This document shows, in pieces, positions 31,240 to 42,140 of a DNA stretch of 64,000 bases (within the stretch, counting starts at the first letter, position 1; every line of letters starts with the position of its first letter). The notes under the pieces were generated by a model. The model ran no database searches. It was not told where the DNA came from and was given only the letters and a program-made list of their open reading frames with translations. Position numbers and translations under genes: made by a program. Source of the stretch: Chamaesiphon sp. (GTDB lineage: Bacteria > Cyanobacteriota > Cyanobacteriia > Cyanobacteriales > Chamaesiphonaceae); contig CBDFFH010000015.1 in the NCBI GenBank assembly GCA_965246715.1, forward strand, positions 32,001 to 96,000, in the 5' to 3' direction.

Positions 31240-34200
31240 GATTGCTGCCTCATTAGTTCGCCGATAGCTGCTATAAAATCTCGCTCGATGTAAGGTTTAA
31301 TAAAATAATCGCTCGCCCCCAAGTGGGCGGCAAATTGCCGATGTTTGGCACTGCTGCGCGATGTCAGCATCACCACGGGAATATGCGCCAGCGTTGGTTC
31401 TTGCCGCCAGATGCTCAAGAATTCAAATCCGTTCATATTTGGCATCTCGACATCGCAGATTGCCAGCTTTAACTCGCTTGCCTTTTGACGCATCAGCTGG
31501 AGTGCTTCTTGGCCATCCTTAGCCTGGATCGTCCGATAGCCAAATTTTTCTAGAGACAGACACAGGCTCTGCCGCGTAGTTACCGAATCATCGATTACCA
31601 GGATCGACGCGCTAGCGATCGGCTGTTGTAGTGGCTGCGAGATCGGGCGTTTGAGCATACAATGGGGGCGATCGATCGTGACTCGAATTAAGGTATGCAG
31701 ATCGATGACTGGTAGAATCGCCCCATCGCCCAAAATCGTACAGCCATAACTGTAACTAGGGGGGGTAATCCCTTTACTAAACGGAACGATCGTGAGTTCT
31801 TGCTCGGAGATCGAGCGATCGATTTGGAGGGCAAAGTACCGCTCGCCACTCCGAATCATGAGTAGCGGTGCCAGCCAATCTGGTGGGTTATCGATCGTCG
31901 CTTTGAGTGTATGAGAAATAGTGCGTTCGGGAATCGGCACTGAATAGCTGAGCAGATCGCTAAGGTTGTAAATCGCGATGCTAGTACCCTGCCAGTGTAA
32001 GTACCGTTGCGCTGCTCTGTGCTCGATGAGATCGTTCGTGGGAATGACAATCCGCTGGATACTATCGGCGGGGAATGCATAAATGGCCCGACCGACTTGA
32101 CAAATCATCAGTTGGGCGATCGTCAGCGTCAGCGGAATGCGGAGTGTAAAAGTAGTACCACGTCCTAATTGAGAATCAATAAAGATCGTACCTTTAATCG
32201 TTTGAATTTGGGCTTTAACAATATCTAAACCCATGCCGCGTCCGGATAGCTTGGTGACGCGATCGGTAGTCGAAAAACCGGGATTAAAGATGAAATCGAG
32301 GATTTGGCTGTCGGTAGCATTAGCACTGGCATTTGGCAATTCCAGCGCTAATGCTTTGGCTTTGATCCGCTCTAGGTCGATCCCGCCACCATCGTCGCGG
32401 ATTTCGATAACTGTCTGACTACCCTGATGGTAGGCCGTAATCTCGATCGAGCCACGTTCGGGCTTGCCCACCGCGCGTCGGACGGCGGGGGTCTCGATAC
32501 CGTGATCGAAGGCATTGCGGAGTAAGTGGAGGAGCGGATCGAGCAGCTTGTCGAGCGTCGATCGATCGACGAGGACTCCAGCTCCGGTAATTTTGAGATC
32601 GACAGGTTTTTGATACTCGATCGACAGATCGTGAAGCGTGCGTGGAAAGCGATTGAGGATTTCCCCCAAGGGGAGCATGCGCGCCCACATCAGGTCGTCG
32701 CGGAGATAGGACAGGAGTTGTTTTTGTCGTTCGATTTGGCGTTCTGATTGGCTGCTAAATAAGTCTAGATCCTCGATCTGTTCTTCGATTTGGACGAGTT
32801 GCTCGCTTGTTGCTTGGGCGATGTCATGTAATTCGCTATAGCGATCGAGTTCGAGCGCATCGAATCGCTCGGTCAGATCGCTAGCAATCGGCAATCGAGC
32901 GGTAGTAATTGCCGAGGAGCGTGGAGCCGAGATCGAGAGACTGTCGGCCAGTTGTCGCAGCCTATCGCCAATGGCCTGAAACTTCACACATTTGCTCCGC
33001 ATTTTGTGTAAGTTGTCGCGAACTTGCTCGTTATATAGCGCTAAACCATGTCGCTCGATCGCGAGTTCGCCAATGACATTATTCATCCGATCCAACCGAT
33101 CGAGGGCGACGCGTACCGATAATTGTGGCGTGGGGGACAAGGAGATCGGCCGGGACTTCTTGATGCTGCGGGGGATGCTATATATAGGTGGCGGCGCAAA
33201 TACAATCGGATCGCTCAGCGGTAAGTTATCAAAACTATGAGTGAGGCTGGCAACTAGCTCTCGTATTTCGACCCGCCGCTGGTGGATCCCGCTGGGCAGA
33301 TTTACCACACTAGGCATATCGAACAGATCGATTAAATCGTAGCGCAGGTTGACTGGATCGGTTAGCTCTACTACCGATCGACTCGGCTCGGATGGCCGAT
33401 CGAATAGCTCGATTAAGTCAAAGTCCAGGCTTACCAACTCATCACTTTGACGCTCGGGGCGATCGAAGATATCGACAAGATCGAAGCCCAGACTCGCGAG
33501 ATCGTCGCAAGTCGATGGCGGTTGACTCGGGGCAAATATCGGGGCGAATAGATCGAGATCGTGCTGCTGGATTGATTCGTAACGATCGGTAGTAGCTTGA
33601 GGATCGCCCAGAATATCCCAATCAAGCGGTAATTCCTGTAGATCGGCCCGAGTGCTGCTGGACACTAAGTCGAGTGTAAAGTCTCGCTCGAACATCTGTT
33701 CGAGATCGAATAAATCGGCATCACTGGCGATCGCCAGCACATCTGACTCGAACATCTGTTCGAGATCGAATAAATTATCATCACTGACGCTCTCCGCTGA
33801 CTTTGGCGCTTCAGCCAGGAGAAAGGCAAAGCCAGGACTAATCTGGCCACAGTTAGCACGATTATCAGTTAATACGGCATCTAAGGCCTGATAAAAATTG
33901 ACTAGGGCAAAACAACAAATTTCGCGGTGACGGTCGGGATGGCGATCGAGCGCGTCAATGGTAACCTGAGCGAGGTTATTAAAACTGGGGAGGTTGACGA
34001 GTTGAGAGATGCCGATAAATACTTCTGATTGAGCACGAAACTCACCCACAGCAATCCGTTCGCAATTTGGGTCGAGCAAAACTCGTTCGAGTCGGGCTAA
34101 ACTTTGCGCGACATCCACCTCAAAAATCGATTGCGTCAAATCTGTACCAGAGATAATCCCATTGGGTGTTTGGCGGCCAGCGATCACAAAATGACCGATC

Positions 34201-34592
34201 TCCTCATCGATATTTGCCAGTACGATCTGAGTTTGGGTATGAAATCGATCGGGTATCACTTGGCGCTCGATCTCATAAGTCACCAATCGCGCCAGACAGT
34301 CATAGAGCTGAAACAATAACCGTTCCAATTGCCGATCGAATGGCAATTCGGGATGACTGAGAACGCGGAAAATCTCTTCAACTTGATGGGCCAAATCCTC
34401 AATTGCTTCCAACCCAAGACTTGCCGCGCCACCCTTAATCGAGTGCGCAGCGCGTAATAAGTTGTGTACCTTCGTGACGCTGCGATCGACACTGAGGGTC
34501 ACAAGTTCTGTCTCGATCGTCTGTAACAGCTTGGGTACTTCCAAGCTGAACAGTTGATAAACGCGATCTCGTAAGTCAGGGTCGATATACAT
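31236..34592 (-). CDS. CheA-like hybrid kinase (Hpt-HATPase-CheW-REC), PixL/TaxAY-type
   Basis: RAAHSIKGGA, LDRMNN.IGEL, HLLRNAFDHGIE, DDGGGID, SGRGMGLD, C-terminal REC domain (DDS, DVEMP). Confidence 0.93.
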   Translation of the reverse strand: MYIDPDLRDRVYQLFSLEVPKLLQTIETELVTLSVDRSVTKVHNLLRAAHSIKGGAASLGLEAIEDLAHQVEEIFRVLSHPELPFDRQLERLLFQLYDCLARLVTYEIERQVIPDRFHTQTQIVLANIDEEIGHFVIAGRQTPNGIISGTDLTQSIFEVDVAQSLARLERVLLDPNCERIAVGEFRAQSEVFIGISQLVNLPSFNNLAQVTIDALDRHPDRHREICCFALVNFYQALDAVLTDNRANCGQISPGFAFLLAEAPKSAESVSDDNLFDLEQMFESDVLAIASDADLFDLEQMFERDFTLDLVSSSTRADLQELPLDWDILGDPQATTDRYESIQQHDLDLFAPIFAPSQPPSTCDDLASLGFDLVDIFDRPERQSDELVSLDFDLIELFDRPSEPSRSVVELTDPVNLRYDLIDLFDMPSVVNLPSGIHQRRVEIRELVASLTHSFDNLPLSDPIVFAPPPIYSIPRSIKKSRPISLSPTPQLSVRVALDRLDRMNNVIGELAIERHGLALYNEQVRDNLHKMRSKCVKFQAIGDRLRQLADSLSISAPRSSAITTARLPIASDLTERFDALELDRYSELHDIAQATSEQLVQIEEQIEDLDLFSSQSERQIERQKQLLSYLRDDLMWARMLPLGEILNRFPRTLHDLSIEYQKPVDLKITGAGVLVDRSTLDKLLDPLLHLLRNAFDHGIETPAVRRAVGKPERGSIEITAYHQGSQTVIEIRDDGGGIDLERIKAKALALELPNASANATDSQILDFIFNPGFSTTDRVTKLSGRGMGLDIVKAQIQTIKGTIFIDSQLGRGTTFTLRIPLTLTIAQLMICQVGRAIYAFPADSIQRIVIPTNDLIEHRAAQRYLHWQGTSIAIYNLSDLLSYSVPIPERTISHTLKATIDNPPDWLAPLLMIRSGERYFALQIDRSISEQELTIVPFSKGITPPSYSYGCTILGDGAILPVIDLHTLIRVTIDRPHCMLKRPISQPLQQPIASASILVIDDSVTTRQSLCLSLEKFGYRTIQAKDGQEALQLMRQKASELKLAICDVEMPNMNGFEFLSIWRQEPTLAHIPVVMLTSRSSAKHRQFAAHLGASDYFIKPYIERDFIAAIGELMRQQS

Positions 34593-34595
34593 GGA

Positions 34596-34743
34596 TAGTG
34601 AATAGTGAATAGTGAACAGTGAACAGTGAATAGTGAATAGTGTCTCGGACGCGCTTGCGCGTTGTGAACTTGGAGCGATACTTCATCTGCTGGATCTATC
34701 TCAATAAATACCAGCCACTGTTCACTATTTTCACTGTTCACTA
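34596..34743. repeat. Heptamer tandem repeats (TAGTGAA/CAGTGAA)n with an inverted copy
   Basis: About six units at 34596-34640 and complementary CTGTTCACTA units at 34718-34743, in the intergenic gap of the taxis operon. Confidence 0.8.
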
Positions 34744-34750
34744 GAGACCC

Positions 34751-37700
34751 CTAGTCAATCTTGAAGCGATCGATATTAACTTGTAGTTCGCGGGCGAGTT
34801 TGAGAAGATCTTGGAAGGAAGCTTGTACGTCATCAGCACGAATCGAGTTCTTATTAGCGATATTCGCCACTCGATCGATACTTTGAGTGACCCGACCGGA
34901 ATTTTCGGCTTGAAGTAGGGCTGCTTGGGCGATTGCTTCGACCAGTGCACCGATCTTGTTACTGGTGGCCGAAACGCGATCGAGACTCACACGGGTTTCA
35001 TCGACCAAGCGCGTCCCGATCGCGACCTGTTCGATCCCGGCTTCCATGGCGATCGCGACTTCACTCGTCTCTGCCTGAATACTGGCAACTAATTTTTCAA
35101 TTTCCCCCGTGGCAGCGGCAGATTGTCGTGCGAGCGAGCGGACTTCTTCGGCAACTACAGCAAACCCGCGCCCTTCCTCACCCGCTCGGGCAGCTTCGAT
35201 ACTGGCATTGAGCGCGAGCAAGTTGGTTTGGGCGGCAAAGCTACTAATCAGGTTGACGACTTTCGAGATTTTTTGGGAGGATTCACCGAGTCGTTTGACT
35301 TTTTTCCCGGTTTCCGCCACAGTATTGCGAATAGTGAGAATCCCTTCCACCGTACGGTTCATCGCGGTATCGCCATCGCGCATCAGCTGAGCGGATTCCA
35401 TGACAGCAGATTCGGCAATCAAGGCGTTATTGACTACTAGTTGGATCGACCCAGACATATCTTGCAAGCGTTGCAGCGATAGCGCCACATCTTCAGATTG
35501 TTGAAGTGCTTCGATCGAGAGTTCGGCAACAGAAATTTCATTGGTAGTAGTCGTCGAAACTACCTCGCGGGAGACATTTTGAACGTTTCGTACCAATCCT
35601 CGCAAACTTTCAACCGTAGAATTATATGAGTCAGCGATCGTCCCGATTTCATCTTCGGTAACGTGTGCGCGAATAGTCAAGTCGCCTTGACTGATCCGAT
35701 CGACTTGAATCAACAATTCCCAAGCATTTTTTTGGAGTATTTGTCTAGCCGCTTCTTGGCTGGCAGCATAGCGCGACTGTTCGAGACTAGCAGCTTCCAA
35801 TTGGCGCACCAGTTGCGCTTGAGTCAGCGCCGCGCCGATTTGGATGGCGAGTTGCAGCAAGAGTTCGATTTCTACATCTTCCCAATCATGTTGCTGCTGG
35901 CACATCGAGCCGCTAAAGAGACCGAAAAATTTATTGCCGACATAAATTGGCGTGGTGATAATCGACACAATCTGCATCTGCCGCAAGTTATCGGTCAGCT
36001 CGTCACTAAATTCGGACGCTTGGAGATTGGCAAGCTGGATATACGACCCCTGCTCGAAGCCTTGCCCGAGAATTTCAAACATGTATTCTGAGGAGATCGT
36101 CCGCCCCAGAATGCTAAACTCGGCAGCAGAGATCGACTCCGCGATGATTTTACCTTCCCCTTCGCCCAGTGTATCTACTACCAAAATGCTCGCGCGATCG
36201 AGTCCAAAAACTTGGCGCAATTCTGGCAGTGCCAGGTCGAGAATCTCGGTCTCGTCGTTCGATTGCCGCAGTTTGAGCGTGATGTCTGAGAGTAATTGCG
36301 ATCGTCTGGCCGCAGCTTCGCGTTGCTCGATCAGCACGGTTTGGTTGAGCGCAAGTGCCAATTGCGTCGCCAACTGGGTAAATAAATTGATTTCTTCGAT
36401 TTTCCAGGTGCGGGGTTCTTGACATTCATGACCGATTAATAGCCCAAATAATCGACTATCGATCGTAATCGGTACTACCAAATTTGCCCGCACTTGCAGG
36501 CTTTCGAGCATCTGAATGTGACAATCGGTCAAGCCAGCCTGATAGATATCCGGCATCGCGGTAATCTTGCCCTGTTCGTAACCAGCATCTTTGATACAAC
36601 AGTCATCGATCTGTTCGTTCAAGATCGATTTTTTACCAGCTGCAACTGATTCGGTGGTAATCTTACCATTGAAATTGGCATCTAACTCGAAGACAACCGC
36701 CCGATCGAGATCCAATGCTTGGCGGACGAGTTCGACTGCTGTGGTGAGGATATCTTGGCGTTTGAGCGATTGCCGCAGTTGCAAAGTAAAGTTGGAGAGA
36801 ATTTGGGACTTGCGGGCATCATCTTCCCGTTGGGCGATCGATTGCGCCTGATTTAAGGCCAAGCCAATCTGCGAGCCAATCCGTTCGAGCAGCTCGATTT
36901 CGGCTGGTTGCCAGTAGCGAGGGGCATGACACATGTGCCCGATGGTCAAGCCAAACAGTTTATTGCCAATAAAGATCGGCACGACCAAATTCGCTCGTAC
37001 CTGGAGCCGTTCGAGCATCTGGATGTGGCAATCGTTCAAGCTGGCTTGGTAAATATCCGCAATCGCCGTCGTCCGCCCCCGATCGTAACCAGCACCTTGA
37101 GTCAGTTTCAGACAAGTATCCTCGATGACTTCGCCTAAAATAGATCGACTATCTGCTGCTACCGATTCAGCCACGATCGTGCCTTCCCAGTTGTCATTCA
37201 GACTCAGGACGATCGCGCGATCGAGTCCAAAGGTACGGCGAATATTGGCTAAGGCAATATCGATAATCTCAGTGCGGTCGATCGACTGTCGTAATTGGAG
37301 GGTAATTTCTGAGAGGAGATTTTGTCGATAAATACTCGCTTCGCGCTCCAGGAGAGCTTGACGACGATTGAGTGCCAGCCCGATTTGGTCGGCAACCGTA
37401 GCAAATTTGTCCAGTTCTAATAAATCCCACTTTCTGGCCGACCGGGACATTTGACCGATGACCCAACCTAACGATCTCCCTTCAACGATAATTGGGGCGG
37501 TTGCGCGCGCGCGCACTTGAATCCGTTCCAACAAAGCGATCTCTTCTGCGGCTAATCCACCTTGGCGATCGATATCATGAATCCCGCAAATCTGTGCTGA
37601 TTCCTCAGCGCCAACCTGAATTTCACACTGTAAATAATCGGTCATTGCTGCATCATCGATCGGCTGGCAATCTGGAGCGATGGCAGCAGCAAAGACTAGT

Positions 37701-38959
37701 GGTGACTGCCGATCGGTAAGCCCGATGACGAGCGCGCGATCGAGCTTGAACTCTTGGCGAATGCTTTCTACCGCTTGCTCTAGTAGCACGCTCAGCTCGT
37801 CTAAATCGCTGACTTGCAGTGCTTGAGACAACAGATTGGTGCGCCGCAGTTCGGCATCCCGATCGTTAGAAATAGCGATTTGTTCTACAGCCAAAGCGAT
37901 CCGCTGGGCTGCTTGATGGCAAAAATCGATCTCCCAATTTTCCCACTTCCGCTTGCTACTACATTGCTGGAGCGATAGCAACCACACTGGATGGCGCTCG
38001 GCACTGCTCGGCACTCGTTTGCCAGTAACGATCGGTACGAATACCATCGATTTTGCTTTTAATTTGGCCGCGAGTGCTTGGCGATTGGGACTGAGTTTGT
38101 CCCGATTTACATCGTCGATCGTCAAACTGCGGCCTTGATGATAGCGATCGAGTTCGGCAGCGGATTCGGCAAAGTAGATGCCGTCCAATGAGTCAGAAAT
38201 TGTTGGCTTACAATCAACAGCGACACTTTCTGCCACTGTCTCGCCACTGCCATCTGGATTACAACGATAAATGGCGACGCGATCGACATTAAGGATCTCG
38301 TTCATCCCGCTCGTTCCTGCTGCATATACTTGCAGCGGATCGAGAAATTCTTGTGCGGTCAGGGCGATTTTACCAAATAATTTATTGGATTGTGCGGCTA
38401 GGCGTTGTTGCTGGAGCGTGCGATTAAATTTGGTAACTAATTGGTTGAAATTGTCGGCGACTTCTTGAAATTCTGTATTATCGCCAGCTTCGATTTGCGT
38501 GGATAGGTCGCCATTAGCAGCTTCGCTGAGTTTATTAGAAATTCGTTTGAACGACCTCGAGAGCCGATTGGCGATTAGGAGCGCAAAGCTTAAATTGATG
38601 CTTCCCAATACCAGTAACAAGATTAAATCTTCAGCCCAATGTTCGGCAGGTTCGCTCTGAGGTCTCGGTTGCGCAACTCCAGGGAGAGTAGCAGGTTTGA
38701 ACAGCTGCTTGACTGCAATCCATCCACTCATACCGACCAATGGCAGCAAGACGAATGGCAAGATGGTAATTAAAATTTGTTGATAGATCGTTCGATATTG
38801 ACGACTGTCGGTACCGACAACTGCTGAAGTGCGTAGTTTGGTGAAGTTTGCACCCTCTTCGGCGCTCCACACGAATGATGGTTCCGGTGGGGTCTCTGGC
38901 TGCTGCGGTGTTTGCACCAGCGCTGTTTGCTTGGTATCGTCTCGATCGATAGTTTTCAT
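34751..38959 (-). CDS. Multi-GAF methyl-accepting phototaxis receptor (PixJ-like cyanobacteriochrome)
   Basis: 2 TM + HAMP, five GAF repeats, HAMP and MA domain ([32 protein letters not shown]). GAF3 has DTCL...CH and GAF4 has DCCI...CH. Confidence 0.9.
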   Translation of the reverse strand: MKTIDRDDTKQTALVQTPQQPETPPEPSFVWSAEEGANFTKLRTSAVVGTDSRQYRTIYQQILITILPFVLLPLVGMSGWIAVKQLFKPATLPGVAQPRPQSEPAEHWAEDLILLLVLGSINLSFALLIANRLSRSFKRISNKLSEAANGDLSTQIEAGDNTEFQEVADNFNQLVTKFNRTLQQQRLAAQSNKLFGKIALTAQEFLDPLQVYAAGTSGMNEILNVDRVAIYRCNPDGSGETVAESVAVDCKPTISDSLDGIYFAESAAELDRYHQGRSLTIDDVNRDKLSPNRQALAAKLKAKSMVFVPIVTGKRVPSSAERHPVWLLSLQQCSSKRKWENWEIDFCHQAAQRIALAVEQIAISNDRDAELRRTNLLSQALQVSDLDELSVLLEQAVESIRQEFKLDRALVIGLTDRQSPLVFAAAIAPDCQPIDDAAMTDYLQCEIQVGAEESAQICGIHDIDRQGGLAAEEIALLERIQVRARATAPIIVEGRSLGWVIGQMSRSARKWDLLELDKFATVADQIGLALNRRQALLEREASIYRQNLLSEITLQLRQSIDRTEIIDIALANIRRTFGLDRAIVLSLNDNWEGTIVAESVAADSRSILGEVIEDTCLKLTQGAGYDRGRTTAIADIYQASLNDCHIQMLERLQVRANLVVPIFIGNKLFGLTIGHMCHAPRYWQPAEIELLERIGSQIGLALNQAQSIAQREDDARKSQILSNFTLQLRQSLKRQDILTTAVELVRQALDLDRAVVFELDANFNGKITTESVAAGKKSILNEQIDDCCIKDAGYEQGKITAMPDIYQAGLTDCHIQMLESLQVRANLVVPITIDSRLFGLLIGHECQEPRTWKIEEINLFTQLATQLALALNQTVLIEQREAAARRSQLLSDITLKLRQSNDETEILDLALPELRQVFGLDRASILVVDTLGEGEGKIIAESISAAEFSILGRTISSEYMFEILGQGFEQGSYIQLANLQASEFSDELTDNLRQMQIVSIITTPIYVGNKFFGLFSGSMCQQQHDWEDVEIELLLQLAIQIGAALTQAQLVRQLEAASLEQSRYAASQEAARQILQKNAWELLIQVDRISQGDLTIRAHVTEDEIGTIADSYNSTVESLRGLVRNVQNVSREVVSTTTTNEISVAELSIEALQQSEDVALSLQRLQDMSGSIQLVVNNALIAESAVMESAQLMRDGDTAMNRTVEGILTIRNTVAETGKKVKRLGESSQKISKVVNLISSFAAQTNLLALNASIEAARAGEEGRGFAVVAEEVRSLARQSAAATGEIEKLVASIQAETSEVAIAMEAGIEQVAIGTRLVDETRVSLDRVSATSNKIGALVEAIAQAALLQAENSGRVTQSIDRVANIANKNSIRADDVQASFQDLLKLARELQVNIDRFKID

Positions 38960-38996
38960 GACTTTACAGTTATCGCTAAAATAAAATTAAATATTG

Positions 38997-39620
38997 TTAG
39001 ATATCAGCATCGAGTTCGGCTCGATCGACGATCGCGAGTTCATCCAAGATCGTTAACTTTGCTCCGGTCGTCGCGATCGCATAACCGGCGATCCACCGCG
39101 ATAACGCCGCATGGTAATGCTCGACTATTGGTGTCGGATTCGGATCTAGTTCGCACCATTCGATATCGGCAATCTCATCGACGACTAAACCGATTGTTTT
39201 CTTCTGCCCGCCACTATCTGTAGCACTACTAATCACGATGGTCGGATAGCGCCGGCGATTGCGATCGAACCGTTGCTCCTGAGATCCCAACACCATTGCT
39301 AGATCTACGACCCAAAGAATTTCACCGCGCCAGTTATAAACGCCAATTACCGCAGGTGGCAGATGGGGGATCGGGACGACTCGATCGCTGGGAATATCGA
39401 TTAATTCTGTGACTCCTTGACGAACGGTCGAAGTAGTCATCTCATTGGCGGAGCCGCTGCGAAAGAGCATCGCGAACTCAGCGAGGTAAGAACTCTCGGC
39501 ACCTGCCCCGCGCACACCTGCTAGATCGAGCTGAAGCTGAAATCTTAACAACTGGCAACCCAACCGCTCGCCCTTGGGTTGTGAAGCTAAAAGAGATTGA
39601 TTTTCGCTAACTAAGCTCAA
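38997..39620 (-). CDS. CheW (PixI-like)
   Basis: VVPIPHLPPAVIGVYNWRGEILWVVDL, IGLVVDEI. Contains a 24-nt insert. Confidence 0.9.
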   Translation of the reverse strand: MSLVSENQSLLASQPKGERLGCQLLRFQLQLDLAGVRGAGAESSYLAEFAMLFRSGSANEMTTSTVRQGVTELIDIPSDRVVPIPHLPPAVIGVYNWRGEILWVVDLAMVLGSQEQRFDRNRRRYPTIVISSATDSGGQKKTIGLVVDEIADIEWCELDPNPTPIVEHYHAALSRWIAGYAIATTGAKLTILDELAIVDRAELDADI

Positions 39621-39677
39621 TTTTGCCGCCCCCTGGATAATTTAAATCTGTAAAAATTAAGTTGACCGAGCGATCGA

Positions 39678-40040
39678 TTATCTGACCAATTTCTGCAATG
39701 CTTCTAAAATGTCATTACGACCGACCGGCTTCGATAAATACATGTCAGCGCCCTGTTTCATGCCCCAAAAGCGATCGAGATCGGTATTTTTAGTCGAACA
39801 AATCACCACGGGGATCTTTTTGGTATCGGATTGAGATTTAATCGCCCGACAAATCTCAAATCCACTTCGTCCCGGCAACACGATATCGAGAAAAACGATA
39901 TCTGGCTTAAGCGTACTCAAATGATTCAAAGCTTCTTCACCGTCGATGGCAACGATAACACTCCATCCAGCTGCTTCTAAGTAACTGGTATAGATCAAGC
40001 GATCTGTCTGAACGTCTTCAACAATTAATGCGGTGGCCAT
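39678..40040 (-). CDS. CheY-like response regulator (PixH-like)
   Basis: LIVED, PDIVFLDIVLP..SGFEICR, CSTK...DRFWGMKQGAD.Y..KP. Confidence 0.92.
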   Translation of the reverse strand: MATALIVEDVQTDRLIYTSYLEAAGWSVIVAIDGEEALNHLSTLKPDIVFLDIVLPGRSGFEICRAIKSQSDTKKIPVVICSTKNTDLDRFWGMKQGADMYLSKPVGRNDILEALQKLVR

Positions 40041-40075
40041 GTTAGTTACTATCTCTTCAAAAACGATCTGAGGGA

Positions 40076-41251
40076 CTATTTGGTAGCTACAGAATTTAAA
40101 TACTTTTGAGCTACTTCGATCACCAATTCTGATTGGACTGGCTTGGTTAAGAAGTCAGTCGCTCCAACAACTTTGGCGCGGACTCGATCGATTACACCGT
40201 CGTTACCTGTCAAAATTACGATCGGCGTATCGCGAAAAGCAGCTACCTTCCGCAAGCGGCTACAAATTTCATAGCCATTCGCATTTGGCATCACCAAATC
40301 TAGAAAAATTAACTGCGGTTTTTTGGAGATCGCGACGGGAATGGCCTTCATCGAATCCATCACGCTAATAAATTGATAACCGACCTCCCGAAAAATCTGC
40401 TCGAGGCGATCGCAGACAAACGGACTGTCATCGATACACATAATTAATGGCGCGGGATTGTTGGGGCCAAACGGGTACTTACTCGGATCGATCGGGCTGA
40501 TAAAATCCGGCAGATCTACTAACTGCAATCTGCCAGCATGAAGATGTGTGAGAAAAGACTGGCCGATCGTCACTGGCGGCTTCCGCGCCCTGACGGCGAT
40601 TTCGCGAATGCTATGTTGCCCGTTTAAGACAAATTGCAGTGCTTGACGCGCAGATGGGGAGATCGTCTGCTCGAAACCCCCTCCCGGCACGATACCGAGT
40701 GCTCGATCGGGTGAAACCTCGTTTAGTCCAGCTTGTTGCCATTGCTGCTGCTGTTGAACGGCTAAACCGAAGGCGCGATCGATATCGATTAGTGTTAGTT
40801 GAGAACTCAATTGCGGCTGAGGACTGCGCTCGAAACTCACTCGCTCGGCTCGAACGACATCAAACAGTACCTCGACGATCGTTCTTTGAATATGCTCGAT
40901 CGACTTACTGCGTGGCACCCGACTTTGTTTAGCCCAGTTCACCAGTAAATAATATTCCCAGCAACTCTCCTTCTCGGTGGGGTTTAATGCCGAAATATCG
41001 GTCAGCGCCTCAATGCGGACCTGGAGATCTTGCGCCGTACTGATGTCTACGCCAGCGATCGTCGAATTTCTCACCCACCGCCGCATTGGATGAGAGCCAC
41101 CACTTGCATACAAAATGCGCCCTAGGTAAAGATAAAGGCACCATTGCTGTCCCACTTGGCTCTTGAGAAAAACACATCCACTAAAGAGTTGATGCTTCAT
41201 CTCACTCAACTGAGTAGCTAACTGATCGAGAGTTATGTATTCAGCAACCAT
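40076..41251 (-). CDS. PatA-family response regulator (PixG-like)
   Basis: PATAN-like N-terminus (W.LYLYLGRILYASGG.HP.RRW.R) plus C-terminal REC domain (CIDDS, DLVMP..NGYE.C). Confidence 0.9.
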   Translation of the reverse strand: MVAEYITLDQLATQLSEMKHQLFSGCVFLKSQVGQQWCLYLYLGRILYASGGSHPMRRWVRNSTIAGVDISTAQDLQVRIEALTDISALNPTEKESCWEYYLLVNWAKQSRVPRSKSIEHIQRTIVEVLFDVVRAERVSFERSPQPQLSSQLTLIDIDRAFGLAVQQQQQWQQAGLNEVSPDRALGIVPGGGFEQTISPSARQALQFVLNGQHSIREIAVRARKPPVTIGQSFLTHLHAGRLQLVDLPDFISPIDPSKYPFGPNNPAPLIMCIDDSPFVCDRLEQIFREVGYQFISVMDSMKAIPVAISKKPQLIFLDLVMPNANGYEICSRLRKVAAFRDTPIVILTGNDGVIDRVRAKVVGATDFLTKPVQSELVIEVAQKYLNSVATK

Positions 41252-41716
41252 TTGATTTGTTTCTGGTCAGCAGCGCTCGTTCGAGATCTGGCTGAGGCTA
41301 ATTGTAAAGATATCCGTACCACTAGTGTTCCCAGTGTCTGCTGTTTTTGCTCACACCAGCATGACGATCTTGTTTGACCGAATCGATCTAGCCCTCTCGA
41401 GCTGCGCTCGCTACTTTTACCGCTGTTTGCTGGCATTCAACCCGCCAAAATTCAAAGATTTGTCAAGGTACCTTGACAAATCTTTGAATTTTGTTCGTGC
41501 TAAGCATTTTCTCAAGCGCTGTATATCTAAACTCGAAAATATTCGAGTCGTTCTTTCTGGAAACCAAGGGGTATACCTTGTATCCCTAAATATATCCCAA
41601 TCGGCAGATCGACATCTTTGTCAAATTATTGTTATGATTGTTAACATAGCGACCCCGAACAGCATCTGTCTCGCACTGAGACATGCTTAACCCAATACAT
41701 CCATGCAGGAGCAATT

Positions 41717-41917
41717 ATGTCTAAATCAGTTAATCTATCGCTGGAACAACAATTTAGCATTCGATCGTTCGAGCACCAAGTTAGAGATATGAGTCGCGAA
41801 CAGGCACAGGAATTCCTCGTCAATCTGTACGCGCAAATGATGATGCAGGAAAATAGCTATAAAAATCTCCTCAAACATCAATGGGGCATCGACGAACCCA
41901 GTCAACAAGCAGCTTAA
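41717..41917 (+). CDS. nblA: Phycobilisome degradation protein NblA
   Basis: LSLEQQFSIRSF..QV..MSREQAQEFL..LY.QMM..EN.YK.LLKHQWG, with an AGGAG SD. Confidence 0.92.
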   Translation: MSKSVNLSLEQQFSIRSFEHQVRDMSREQAQEFLVNLYAQMMMQENSYKNLLKHQWGIDEPSQQAA

Positions 41918-42140
41918 TTAGTGGCTAATTGAACGATCGAGTAATTTACTCGGATTCACTGTCTCAGATTGGCGACCTCCTTCTCTGTTTGGACGATCGA
42001 TAGGTGGGGATTGGGGCACAAACTGTTTGACATACCAAGAGCGTTAAGACCGATATGGTCTCAGCGGAATGCTAGTTGTACAATGGTCGAGATTATGGCC
42101 GATCTGAGCCACGATTTGGAATGTACGAGTAAGCTAGCTT

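Noticed and set aside
34596..34743. Heptamer arrays here and at 63631-63676 as CRISPR repeats
   Set aside because: They are 7-nt tandem units with no spacers and no cas genes, i.e. ordinary cyanobacterial STRR-type repeats. No CRISPR array was seen in the window.
41500..41716. NtcA site upstream of nblA
   Set aside because: I found no convincing GTA-N8-TAC by eye.
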